From an uncultured Gemmatimonadaceae bacterium (lineage in GTDB: Bacteria; Gemmatimonadota; Gemmatimonadetes; Gemmatimonadales; Gemmatimonadaceae): a stretch of DNA of 64,000 nucleotides. The number at the start of each line of letters is the position of its first letter. Within the stretch, counting starts at the first letter, position 1. Below are positions 24,248-34,495 of the stretch, piece by piece. A program made the position numbers and the translations under genes. Location: the NCBI GenBank assembly GCA_963829055.1, contig CAWHHI010000020.1:736001-800000 (forward strand), given 5' to 3'. Below the pieces are notes generated by a model. The model worked only from the letters and a program-made list of their open reading frames with translations. It ran no database searches and was not told the DNA's origin.

Positions 24248-24874
24248 TTGAAAAAGTCAATCCCCAAGCGTTCGTACAACCAGAAGGCGCGCGCGGAGAG
24301 CGCGGCCGAGACGCGGCGTCGGATCATCGACGTGACGCGGGAACAGCTGACGCGCGCTCCGCTCGAGAACGTCGGCCTGCCCGAGATCGCCGCGGCGGCC
24401 GGACGTCGCGCGGTCGACGGTCTACACGATCTTCGGGTCGCGGGAGGGGCTCATGGTCGCCGTGGCCGAGGATCTGCTCGATCGCGGCGGGTTCGCGCGA
24501 ATCGGGAGGCGCTGCGCGGTCCGGACGTGGTGCGGGCGTTCGAGATCAGCATCGACGTCGCGATGGAGCTGTACTCGCAGGAGCACGCGGTCAGTCAGGC
24601 GCTGCTCTCGCTGTCCGCGGTCGATCGCGACGCGTCGAGCGCGGCGGCGCGGCTCAACTTCGGCCGGCGCGAGGGCATGCAGAAGCTCGCGCAGCGGATG
24701 CACGATCAGGGGGTGCTTCGCGACGACGTCACGGTGGACGAGGCGGCGGACGTTCTGTGGATCGTCACGAGCTTCGAGACGTTCGAGCAGCTCTATCGCG
24801 GGCGGAGCCTGACACCACAGCAGGTTGGGGAGAGGCTGATGGCTATCACGAGGAGAACGCTCTACCGCACCTAA
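24248..24874 (+). CDS. TetR-family regulator; frameshifted
   Basis: RSYNQKARAESAAETRRRII...EIAAAA..ARSTVYTIFGSREGL; divergent from the monooxygenase. Confidence 0.85.
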   Translation: MKKSIPKRSYNQKARAESAAETRRRIIDVTREQLTRAPLENVGLPEIAAAAGRRAVDGLHDLRVAGGAHGRRGRGSARSRRVRANREALRGPDVVRAFEISIDVAMELYSQEHAVSQALLSLSAVDRDASSAAARLNFGRREGMQKLAQRMHDQGVLRDDVTVDEAADVLWIVTSFETFEQLYRGRSLTPQQVGERLMAITRRTLYRT

Positions 24875-24884
24875 CGCCGACGCA

Positions 24885-25030
24885 GCTGCACGCTGGGAAC
24901 GACTGCCGACGGCTGCATGCTGCGGCACGCTGCACGCTGCGCCATCGGCCTAGCCATCGCTGCAGCGCTCACCCAGCCACCAGCACGACCACCCAGCAAC
25001 CAGCCGCAGTTCCCCAGTCCCCAGTCCCCC
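24885..25030 (+). repeat. Dispersed 150-200 bp repeat, copy A (ends in CCCCAGT heptamers)
   Basis: ctgccgacggctgcatgctgcggc...acccagccaccagcacgaccacccagc...ccccagtccccagt shared with 25891-26085 and 30808-30981. Confidence 0.85.
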
Positions 25031-25115
25031 CGCCCAATCGCGCCTTATCCCCATCGAGTTGTCCGCGTAGCGCACGGGTGCGTCCGTTCAGGGGTTAGTC
25101 ACCTGCAACGACGCC

Positions 25116-25890
25116 ATGCACGACTCCACGGAACCGATCACGCCGCCGCGAAGCGCTGCGGCGCACCACATTCGGCACCATCGCCATCGCGACCGGTGGT
25201 TGTCTGCCTTCGACCGGTCCGGCGGGCGGGGGCGACGGGCGCCTAACGACTCGTGTCGTCGCGCCGACGACCACGACCGCTCCCGGATTGTATCCGTTGG
25301 ACCTCGGGCGGTCTCGCGACGGATTTCTCTACGTGCCGACGAGCTACAAGCCGGACACAGCGGCGCCACTCGCGCTGTTGCTGCATGGCGCGGGGCAGGA
25401 GGCGTCGGAGCTGCTCACGCCCATGCGGCCACTCGCGGATGCGGCCGGACTGGTGCTCGTCGCGGTCGACTCGCGCGACCGGACGTGGGACGCGATCCTC
25501 GGCTCCTTCTCCGCCGACGTGCAGTTCATCGACCGGGCGCTCGCGCTCGCGTTCTCGCGAGTGCGGGTCGACGCGACGCGCGTCCGCATCGTCGGCTTCT
25601 CCGACGGCGCGAGCTACTCACTCACGCTCGGCATCATCAACGGCGACTTCTTCTCGCGTATCGTCGCGTTCTCGCCGGGGTTCATCGTCAACGGCCCGGT
25701 GACCGGCAAACCCAAGATCTTCATCGCGCACGGCACACGCGACACCGTCCTGCCGATCGATCAGACGAGTCGCACGCTCGTGCCGCGGCTCAAGGCGGCG
25801 GGCTATGACGTGGAATACCACGAGTTCGACGGCGGCCACGGGGTGAGGCCGGACCTCTTGGCGCAGGCGACGACGTGGGTAGCGACTTAG
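25116..25890 (+). CDS. Phospholipase/carboxylesterase-type alpha/beta hydrolase; 5' part frameshifted
   Basis: LLLHGAG, GFSDGASY, IAHGTRD, EFDGGH catalytic motifs. Confidence 0.85.
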
Positions 25891-26085
25891 GGACTGGGGA
25901 CTGGGGACTGGGGACTGGGGACTGGACTGCGGCTGGTGGCTGGGTGGTCGTGCTGGTGGCTGGGTGACGCTCGAGCTGCCGCTGGCGTGCAGCGAGCAGC
26001 GCGTGGGTGACCGGGCGCTAATAGCAGCAGCGCGCAGCGTGCGGCCGCAGCATGCAGCCGTCGGCAGATGTGCCCAGCGTGCAGC
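25891..26085 (-). repeat. Dispersed repeat, copy B (inverted), with (ACTGGGG)4
   Basis: Reverse complement of copies A and C. Confidence 0.85.
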
Positions 26086-26090
26086 GAGAT

Positions 26091-26723
26091 TCAGACTGCT
26101 GAGCGGAGGGCGTCAATGTCGGCCGCCATGATCCGCTCGAGGTTGCGTGAGATCTTCTCGGCGTCCCAATCCCACCACGCGATCTCGAGCAGTGCCGCGA
26201 TCGTCTCGTCCGAGAATCGACGACGCAGCACCTTCGCCGGATTGCCGCCCGCGATCGCGTACGGCGGCAGATCACTCACGACCACCGATCGCGAGGCGAC
26301 GATCGCGCCGTCGCCGATCTGGACGCCCGGCATGATGAGCGCGTCGTAGCCGATCCACACGTCGTTGCCGACGACCGTGTCACCTTTGCGCGGGAATGCG
26401 TCCAACGGCGGCATCACGCGCTCCCACCCGTTGCCGAAAATCTGAAACGGGTAGGTCGAGAACCCCGACATCAGGTGGTTCGCACCGTTCATGATGAACT
26501 TCACGTCCTTGGCCAGCGCGCAGAACTTGCCGATGATCAGCTTGTCGCCGATGAACGGGAAGTGATACAGCACGTTCTGCTCGAACCGGTCGACGCCATC
26601 GGGGTCATCGTAGTACGTGTAGTCGCCGACGATGATGTTCGGGCGCGTGACGACATTGCGCAGGAATCCCACCTGAGGGAATCCTTCCATGGGATGGCGT
26701 GTGCGGGGATCAGGACCGGTCAC
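26091..26723 (-). CDS. Vat/CatB-family hexapeptide O-acetyltransferase (streptogramin A type)
   Basis: GPDP..HPM, NIIVGDYTYYDDP, LYHFPFIGDKLIIGKFCA, MNGANH, STYPF, GNDVWIG, WWDW. Confidence 0.9.
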   Translation of the reverse strand: MTGPDPRTRHPMEGFPQVGFLRNVVTRPNIIVGDYTYYDDPDGVDRFEQNVLYHFPFIGDKLIIGKFCALAKDVKFIMNGANHLMSGFSTYPFQIFGNGWERVMPPLDAFPRKGDTVVGNDVWIGYDALIMPGVQIGDGAIVASRSVVVSDLPPYAIAGGNPAKVLRRRFSDETIAALLEIAWWDWDAEKISRNLERIMAADIDALRSAV

Positions 26724-26798
26724 GAGACCCTCTTCGAGGCGTTCGAGGCAGTAGGACGTGTATCGGACGACTTGCGTCAGGACATTCTCGGAGGAGCC

Positions 26799-27316
26799 AT
26801 GCGTTTCGACAACCAGCGTTCGCGTGTTCATGATCCTCGCCGCCACGCTATTCGCGCTGGGTCGGATGCCGCCCAGGCGCGCCCGGATCGGGTGCAGTGG
26901 ATTCCGTGACCGCGGCGGCTCGCGGCGACAGCTCCACGACATCGTCCGCGTCGGCACCAGCCGCGCGCTCGGACTCGGTCGTCCTGCGAACCGACAAATC
27001 GCAGTACCGCGCCGGCGACAGGATCACGCTGACGTTCGTGAACAGGAGCGCGGCGAGCTACTCGTTCAACCCGTGCACGCGGACGATCGAGCGAGAGGAG
27101 AACGGTGCATGGACCGCGCTGCCGGATCCGGGTCGCATGTGCACGATGCAGGCGTTCATCCTCGACGCGCACGGCACGGGCACGGGAACGACAGAGCTGC
27201 CGACCCCGCTCACCGCCGGGCGATATCGCGTGGTCGTGCGCATGACCATGGAATCGCCCGGTGGCGCATCGGGATCGCCGATCAACGCCGTGAGCGACCC
27301 AATCACGGTGTCCTGA
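26799..27316 (+). CDS. Small lipoprotein with Ig-like domain; frameshifted
   Basis: GGAGG RBS; LRTDKSQYRAGDRITLTFVN...C...CTMQA...GRYRVV. Confidence 0.6.
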
Positions 27317-27369
27317 GCTGCTCGATTCACCCGCGAACCTGGGCCTCGAGCGGTCATGCCCAAGCGGCT

Positions 27370-27518
27370 GTCATTCCGAGCGGAGCGCCGGAGGCGCGCA
27401 GTCGAGGAATCGCGCGCGTGGTAGAGGGGCCCTCTATCGGGACGATCGCGATTCCTCGACTGCGCCTCGGCCTCCGCTCGGAATGACAATCCTCGACTCT
27501 CGTCCGCTCGGAATGAAC
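27370..27518. repeat. REP/REPIN-like palindromic repeat, GTCATTCCGAGCG family
   Basis: gtcattccgagcggag...gcagtcgaggaatcgcg...cgcgattcctcgactgc...ctccgctcggaatgac. Confidence 0.9.
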
Positions 27519-27625
27519 GACAACCGACGTCGTCGGGCCATTCGACCTCATCTACTGACGTCGAAGACGCGCCGCGCTGCCACGGCGCGAAACTTCTCGT
27601 TGACTTTGTCCGTTCCCACCCTTAG

Positions 27626-27661
27626 GTAGAACTCCTACACGTCGATATGTAGAACTTCTAC
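27626..27661. promoter_or_regulatory. Tandem GTAG-N5-CTAC boxes, candidate PadR operator
   Basis: gtagaactcctac (27626-27638) and gtagaacttctac (27649-27661) directly upstream of padR. Confidence 0.6.
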
Positions 27662-27700
27662 CTGTCAACGCGACGACCGTCCATTCGTGCGCTCGGAGGG

Positions 27701-28048
27701 GTGGTGGGAAAGACATCCGGTCCGTCCAGGAGCGAGCTGCTCAAGGGCACGCTCGACATGCTCATCCTGCAGACGCTCACCGTGCAGCCGCTGCACGGCT
27801 ACGCGATCGCGCAGCAGATCGAGCTGCTCTCGGACGCGGTGCTCTCCGTCGAGCAGGGATCGCTCTACCCGGCGCTCGAGCGGCTGCAGAAGCGCGGCTG
27901 GGTCACGTCCAAATGGGGCGAGTCGCCCACCGGACGCCGCGCCCGCTACTACACGCTCACCGCCGCCGGGCGCCGTCAGCTCGGCGACGAGATCTCGGAT
28001 TTCGACCGCGTGCTGGTCGCGATCAACCGCGTCATGCGACGCGCGTGA
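27701..28048 (+). CDS. PadR-family regulator (Acidobacterial type)
   Basis: LLKGTLDMLIL...LHGYAIAQ...VEQGSLYPALERL...W..SPTGRRARYY. Confidence 0.92.
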   Translation: MVGKTSGPSRSELLKGTLDMLILQTLTVQPLHGYAIAQQIELLSDAVLSVEQGSLYPALERLQKRGWVTSKWGESPTGRRARYYTLTAAGRRQLGDEISDFDRVLVAINRVMRRA

Positions 28049-28057
28049 GGTGACAGC

Positions 28058-30786
28058 ATGTGGTTGATCGACGTCATCCGCTATCGACTTCGCGTGCTGT
28101 TCAGGCCTAACGCGCACGCCCATGAGCTCGACGAGGAGATCCGCTTTCACCTCTCGCTCGAGGCAATGCAGCGCGAGCACGCCGCGCGCGGCAATCTCAC
28201 CGCCACCGACGCGCGCTGGGCGGCGCGCCGGCGCTTCGGCAACGTCACCACCACCAAGGAAGAGGCACGCCAGATGGCTGGTCTCGGATTCTTCGACACG
28301 ACGGAGCAGGACGTGCGGTTCGCGCTCCGGTCCTTCCGCCGATCGCCAGGGTTCACGGCGGTCGCGGTGCTCACGCTCGCCGTCGGCATCGGCGCGAACA
28401 CGGCGATCTTCAGCGCCGTGAACGCGATGCTCCTGCGGCCATTGCCGTTCCGGGAGCCCGAGCGGCTCATGGACGTGAGTCTCACCGTACCGGCGCGCGG
28501 CGATGTCCCCGGCGCGCGACGACATGCCCGTGGTCGTACCCGAAGTTCGCCGTGTTCCGGAAGGCGCAGACGGTCTTCGAGGACGTGACGCTCTGGATGC
28601 GCGTTCCAGGCGACGGTGCGCGTTGGAGCGGACGCCGAGCGCAGCAACTACGAGTTCATCGACTCGCGCTACCTCCCGACCCTCGGCGTTCAGGCCGGCG
28701 ATCGGACGGAACTTCAGCGCCGAGGAGGACGCGACGTCCAGGCGGACCACGGGTGGCGATCCTCAGCGACGCGCTCTGGCAACGGCGGTTCAACGCCGAT
28801 TCCGCCGTGCTCGGTCGTTCGATCGTGGTCGATGGCAACCCGTTCACGATCGTCGGCGTGTCTGCCGCCGGGATTCCGTGGAGTGTCGGGCAGGGCCGAA
28901 CTGCTCGCTCGCGTTCATGTCGCAGGATCAGCCGGACAGCTCACCGAGCCGTGGTCGCACGGCTACTCCGTGATCGCGCGGCTCAAGCCGGCGTGACGAC
29001 CGGAACGTTCGCGAAGGTCGCGTCCGCCAGCTCGGCGGAGTGGTCGCCGACGCGTACCCGCATCCGGAATCAAGAAGGAGCGCTGGGGCGCCATCGGCCG
29101 CGAGCTCGACGGCACGCGCGTCGATCCGGTCGTGCGGCGCTCGCTGCTCGTCTTGTTAGGCGCGGTCGGGCTCGTGCTGCTCATTGCGTGCGCGAACGTC
29201 GCGAATCTCTTTCTCGTCCGCGCGGCCGGGCGACGCCGTGAGATCGCGGTTCGCCTCGCCGTGGGCGCCGGACGGCGCCGTCTCGTCCGACAGCTGCTCA
29301 CGGAAAGCGTCGTGCTGTCCACGCTCGGCGGGCTCGCGAGCGTCGTCGTCGCGTGGTGGGGCGTGAAGCTGCTCGCCGCGCTCGAACCCGACGACGACGC
29401 TCCGCGTGGAGCGACTCGGCGGCATCGGCGCGATCTCGTTCGAGTCGATCCGGCTCGATCCCGCCGCGTTCGCGTTCGCGGCCGGCGCTCACGATCGTGA
29501 CGGGGCTCGTCTTCGGGCTCGTGCCGGCACTGCAGGCGACACACCCGTCGCTCACCGGCGCGCTTGGAAGACAGCGACGTCTCGCGCGTATCCGGCGTGC
29601 GCGGCCTAACGAGTCGCAATCTGCTCGCGATCGTCGAGATCGCGCTGGCGGTGGTCCTGCTCGCCGGCTCGGGACTCATGATGCGGAGTCTCGGCGAAGC
29701 TGCTCGGCGTGAACCCGGGATTCGACGCCGAGCGGCGTGCTCACGATGCGCTTCAACCTGATCGACGTGGCACCGGATTCGCTCCCGGCGTTCTACGATC
29801 AGCTCGTCGAGCGACTCGGCAGTCGATTCCCGGCGTGACGAACGTCGGCCTCCTCGACTGCCCGCCGCTCAACGGTGGCTGCAGCGGACCGATGACTCGC
29901 GCATCGCGATCGTCCGGCGCCGGTCGCCGGCACGGAGCCGGCCGTCGGCGTCCACTGGGTGACACCGCGGCTGGTTCGCGACAATGCGCGTTCCGCTGCA
30001 GATCGCGGCCGTGTGTTCGCCAACAGCGATCGGCGCGGCACGCAGAAGGTCGTGCTCATGAGCGAGACCGCGGCGCGGACGGTACTGGCCCGGTCAGGAC
30101 CCGATCGGCCGGCCGGTGAGCGTCGGCCAGGGCGGATTCTGGAAGGACACGGCGTATCGTGGTGGGCGTCGTGGGCGACGTTCGGTTCGGGACGCTCGAC
30201 TCGCTGCCCAGAGCCCGATGTCTATCTGTCGTACTATCAGTCGCCGCGCGGCCGGATGATGATGTTCGTGCGAACGGCGGGCGATCCCGCGGTCGCTCGT
30301 GCAGGCGGCGCGTCGCGAGATCGCGGCGCTGGCGCCAGGCGTGCCGCTCTACGATGTCCGGCCGATGCGCGAGCGCGTGGCGGACGCGATGGCGTACGCG
30401 CGGTTCAGCGCGCTCCTGCTGGCGACGTTCGCGGCGGTCGCGCTCGCGCTGGCGGCGTTAGGCACGTACGGCGTGATCTCGTTCGGCGTGTCGCAGCGGA
30501 CGAAGGAGATCGGGGTTCGCGTGGCGCTCGGCGCGACGCGCGGGGACGTGCTGCGCCTGGTCGTCGGTCAGGGCGTCGGGCTGGCGTGGTCGGCGGCGCG
30601 TTGGGTCTCGCGGGCGCACTCGCGACGACGCGGGTGCTCGCGTCGCTGCTGTACGGCGTGGCGCCGTCGGACTCCGCTGACGCTGGCGTCGATCGTGGCG
30701 CTGCTGGTGGGAGCGGTGATCGTGGCGAGCTGCTTCCGGCGCGTCGAGCGGCGAGCGTGCATCCGGCAGACGCACTACGGGGGTGA
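28058..30786 (+). CDS. ADOP-type duplicated MacB/FtsX ABC permease; many frameshifts
   Basis: [66 protein letters not shown]. Confidence 0.9.
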
Positions 30787-30807
30787 CAGGCGGGGCTGCG
30801 AACTGCG

Positions 30808-30981
30808 ACATCTGCCGACGGCTGCATGCTGCGGCCGCACGCTGCGCGCTGCTGCTATTAGCGCCCGGCACGTCACGCGCTGCTCGCTGCTCGCAGCCGC
30901 ACCCAGCGTCACCCAGCCACCAGCGCGACCACCCAGCACCCAGCTGTAGTTCCAAGTCCCCAGTCCCGAGTCCCCGGTCCC
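30808..30981 (+). repeat. Dispersed repeat, copy C
   Basis: Near-identical to the reverse complement of 25891-26070. Confidence 0.85.
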
Positions 30982-31193
30982 TGCCCCTCCGCATTACGAA
31001 ACTCTAATCACAAGCAGCACAGGCACTTACAAAATACTTGCCTCTCGGCGTGAAAAGGCTCAGCTTGTCTCCCAGCGATTGGCCGACGCTGCTAATGCGT
31101 CCGCCACAACGCCGCTGCCGATGAGACTCACGTTGTCGAGCACCACGACGACGCGCCCACCGCCGTTCGACGCCAACACCAGTCCCGCCCGCT

Positions 31194-32612
31194 TTGAACG
31201 CCGCGTCAGGCTCACGAGGTGGACGGACCATCGAACGCATCTGCCGCCAGCGAGAGTTGGCGGGAATCGCTTGTGCGGCTGTGGCGATATTCGCATCGAC
31301 CGTCGCGTGCGGAGACGCGTCGGCGACCGGCGGGTCCGGAGCCGACACACCAGTCCTTCGACTCGTCCGCGGTGACGCGCAGATCTCGGCGGCGGGGACC
31401 GAGCTCGAGTCGCCGATCGTCGTTCGCGCGACGAATGCGCGCGGCAAGCCGCTCGCCGGCATCCCGCTCGACTGGAGCACAGTGGGCAGTGGGCGCGTGG
31501 AGCCGGACCGTCTCGTCACCGATGACTCCGGGCTCGTGCGCGCCACCTGGACGCTCAGCGAGCAACTCGGGCGGAACAGCGCGACCGCCACGCTCGATGG
31601 CCAGGTGGTGACGTTCCGCGCCACGGCCGTCGAGCCGTTGTCGTTAGGCTCGGTGCGTCACCTGCGCCTCGCGACGTTCGACGGCTCGGGACAGCTCGTG
31701 CACCCGGACGTCGCGCGTGTACCGCGGGGTTGGGCACCGGCCCGACGCTTCCTTGCCGTCACGCCGTACCCGGGCGGCGACATCACGCGCGAGCTGCCGT
31801 CGGTGTACGCGTCCGGCGATCCGAGCGAGTGGGTGGCGCCGGACGGCGTGACGAATCCGCTCGTCAGGCCGTGGAAGGGCTATCTCTCGGATCCGGATCT
31901 CGTGTTCGAGCCACAGCGGAAGGAGCTGTGGATGTACTACCGTCACGTGTCGCAGCGGAACACGATCTTCCTCATCGTGTCGGCAGACGGCAGCCACTGG
32001 AGCAAGCCGGTGCGGCTGCTCAGCGCGCCGAATCACGAGCTGGTGTCACCGGCCGTCGTTCGCGTGGACCAGGGGAACTGGCACATGTGGTCAGTGAATG
32101 CGGGCGGGGCTGGATGCTCGAGCACCACCACGGCCGTCGATCATCGGACGTCCACCGATGGTCTGCACTGGTCCGCGCCGAAACCCGTGGGCCTCACCGG
32201 TCCAGACGAAGAGTTCACGCCCTGGCATCTCGACGTGCTGTGGGTGCCCGAGCTCAGCGAGTTCTGGGCGTTGTACAACGAGAAGCCGGCTGGCTCGTGC
32301 GCGACTCCCGCGCTTCGGCTGGCCACGAGCCCGGATGGCATCACGTGGACGACGCGACGAACGCCCGTGCTGCGCGCGGGGGTGAATCCCGAGTTCAAGG
32401 ACATCGTGTACCGCTCGACGTTCGAGTACGACGCGCGGACCGACATGGTGACGCTGTGGTACTCGGGAGCGCGGAGGAGTGGCGATGACTGGACGTGGAG
32501 CGCCGCCGTTGAACGCCGGTCGCGCCGCGCGCTGTTCGAACTGGTCGACACGCCGGAGCCGTTGCGTCGGAGCGCCGCAATGCGCGCCGCCGTGTTGCTG
32601 AACGCGCCGTAG
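31194..32612 (+). CDS. Putative lipoprotein: Ig-like domain plus glycoside-hydrolase-like beta-propeller; start uncertain
   Basis: Lipobox-like STVAC; TDDSGLVRATWTL; VHPDV, YLSDPDL, SADGSHWS, STDGLHWS, SPDGITWT repeats. Confidence 0.65.
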   Translation: MNAASGSRGGRTIERICRQRELAGIACAAVAIFASTVACGDASATGGSGADTPVLRLVRGDAQISAAGTELESPIVVRATNARGKPLAGIPLDWSTVGSGRVEPDRLVTDDSGLVRATWTLSEQLGRNSATATLDGQVVTFRATAVEPLSLGSVRHLRLATFDGSGQLVHPDVARVPRGWAPARRFLAVTPYPGGDITRELPSVYASGDPSEWVAPDGVTNPLVRPWKGYLSDPDLVFEPQRKELWMYYRHVSQRNTIFLIVSADGSHWSKPVRLLSAPNHELVSPAVVRVDQGNWHMWSVNAGGAGCSSTTTAVDHRTSTDGLHWSAPKPVGLTGPDEEFTPWHLDVLWVPELSEFWALYNEKPAGSCATPALRLATSPDGITWTTRRTPVLRAGVNPEFKDIVYRSTFEYDARTDMVTLWYSGARRSGDDWTWSAAVERRSRRALFELVDTPEPLRRSAAMRAAVLLNAP

Positions 32613-32837
32613 CTCCGATTCCCTCGATCCAGTCCATTCACCGGCGCGACGTGCCGGGCTGCTGGAGATCGAAGTGGCGTCCGCACCACGGACGTGTCTC
32701 GCGATTGCACGTCTCTGTCCTGATCCGGGCAAATTCATCGAGGTTCGCCGTCGCATGTTGCGCGCGGAGCGATGTCGTCGCACCGTTAGCGACCAAACCC
32801 TGCAGTTGGCTCCCGGCGCCTACGGAGACCACCACTG

Positions 32838-33236
32838 ATGTCCACTGCGCAGGTGTTCGTTCGGATTGTCGCGATCGCGTTGCTCGTGAGCGCGGTCGAC
32901 GCGATCTCGGGGCGTGTACTTCAGGCGTCGCCTGACCCGAGTCTCGTGCTCTCACTCGGTGCTACGGCGTGGGCCTCCTATCGCCTCGCTGAAGCGGGAC
33001 AGGCGCGATTGTCGTTCCTCGCCGGCGTGACAATGTGGACGGTCTACATGACGGGGTTCGTGGTGTGGGCGTGGCTCCTCGTCGGCTGGAACGGGTCCGT
33101 GCCCTGGCACCCGCGCAGCACCACATGGATGGTTGCTGTCGCAGCCGTGGCGCCGGTCGTGGCCATCGTGGCGCAACTGGCCGGAACGGCCCGCGCGAAA
33201 GTCGCCAAGTCACCCGACCGCGCCCAGCGCGTGTAA
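32838..33236 (+). CDS. Hypothetical membrane protein (about 4 TM)
   Basis: GGAG RBS; hydrophobic 132-aa ORF. Confidence 0.55.
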   Translation: MSTAQVFVRIVAIALLVSAVDAISGRVLQASPDPSLVLSLGATAWASYRLAEAGQARLSFLAGVTMWTVYMTGFVVWAWLLVGWNGSVPWHPRSTTWMVAVAAVAPVVAIVAQLAGTARAKVAKSPDRAQRV

Positions 33237-33263
33237 CGCGCGGTCCGTCAGGAGCGCGCAACA

Positions 33264-33920
33264 TCACCGGAGCAGCGCGACGCAACACGCGGTGAGCGTC
33301 GCGGCCGCGAAGCACGTCAGAACGATCAGCGCAGACTCAGCGCCGCGCGCCTGAGACGCCGCGCGAACACCGAGCCACGTCAGCACGGCGGCATAGCCCG
33401 AGCGGACGTCGGCCTCGACCGCGAGCACGTGGAGCACCGAGGCCGGGCCACCCGTGACGAGAAAGCCGAGGTTCGTGAACGGCGGGTTGCGGAGATCCAC
33501 CGCTGCCGACTCGGGCAGGAGCGCTCCAGCGACGCCCGCAATCGCAACCGTGGCGAGCGTGTACGCGAACGTCACGTGCATCGTTATGCACCAGGCGCTC
33601 GTCCATGTGAGCCGAGCGGTCCAGAGCATCGACGTGACCCACAGCAACGTGGTGGCAACCGCGACGAGCGGCATGAGGGTGAACACCTGGAACAGCACGC
33701 CCGCCAACACCTTCGCGGCGTTCGTCTCCGGCTGATAGAACACGAACAAACTCCCGAACCGGAGCGCGACGAGCGCAGCGAACGCCACGGCCCACACAGG
33801 ATGCGCGTCGGTGCCCTGGAAGGCGGCAGCGGGATCGATCACCACGTTCGCGAGTCGGTCCCACGCGCCCACGCGCCGGGCGACGTCAGGCGACGGTGAC
33901 ACGGTAGATACGTGAGTCAT
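33264..33920 (-). CDS. YIP1-family membrane protein, last gene of the lanthipeptide cluster
   Basis: DRLANVVIDPAAAF...W.. start; about 5 TM; FTNLGFL; co-oriented with lan genes. Confidence 0.65.
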   Translation of the reverse strand: MTHVSTVSPSPDVARRVGAWDRLANVVIDPAAAFQGTDAHPVWAVAFAALVALRFGSLFVFYQPETNAAKVLAGVLFQVFTLMPLVAVATTLLWVTSMLWTARLTWTSAWCITMHVTFAYTLATVAIAGVAGALLPESAAVDLRNPPFTNLGFLVTGGPASVLHVLAVEADVRSGYAAVLTWLGVRAASQARGAESALIVLTCFAAATLTACCVALLR

Positions 33921-34044
33921 TGCGTGCCGTTCTGGTGGAAGTGGCAACTCATCGTTAGGCGTGACCGAGTCGGACGCCTCTACGAGCCCTACACGAGCGA
34001 CTACACGACAGCCGGATTCCGTGATGCAGCCGCTCGCGCAGTCA

Positions 34045-34341
34045 CTAGCAGCAGCCGATGGACGATGCGGCACAGGTGCCGTGCCACAGCGTCGTGTCGC
34101 ACGCGCCGCAACTGACCTGGTTCGATAGCGTCACCAGAATCGCGCCGGCGCACGGCAAGCTCGTCGTGCAGATCCCGGTCTGCGTGAGGATCGCCACTGC
34201 TCCGCCGGCGGTCTCACCCAGATCCTCGTCGTCCAACTCGATCGTCCCGACTGGAGACGGCGCGAGTCCCTCTGCTTCGTCGCCAAGCAACGCGCGGTAC
34301 TCGATGTCCTTCCATGCTCGTGTCGTGCGAGAGTCGCCCAT
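34045..34341 (-). CDS. lanA: Class II lanthipeptide precursor LanA2 (mersacidin/lichenicidin-type leader)
   Basis: Leader RAWKD..Y...PSPVGTIELDDEDL..AGG; 51-aa core with 7 Cys and 13 Ser/Thr; GGAG RBS. Confidence 0.92.
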   Translation of the reverse strand: MGDSRTTRAWKDIEYRALLGDEAEGLAPSPVGTIELDDEDLGETAGGAVAILTQTGICTTSLPCAGAILVTLSNQVSCGACDTTLWHGTCAASSIGCC

Positions 34342-34495
34342 GGTGTACTCCGAGAATGGTCGATGGTTCACAAATGCGCTTCGTGGGAATGCTCTGTCGT
34401 TTCGCTGCTCCACTGCCGGAACGCGAAGTACAACTGGCCAAGGTCACGCACCTCCGGCGTTAGGGTGGCAAACGGCGACTGACAGTCGTCACCGG

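Noticed and set aside
24885..30981. CRISPR array
   Set aside because: Repeats are dispersed or tandem heptamers with no regular repeat-spacer structure and no cas genes.
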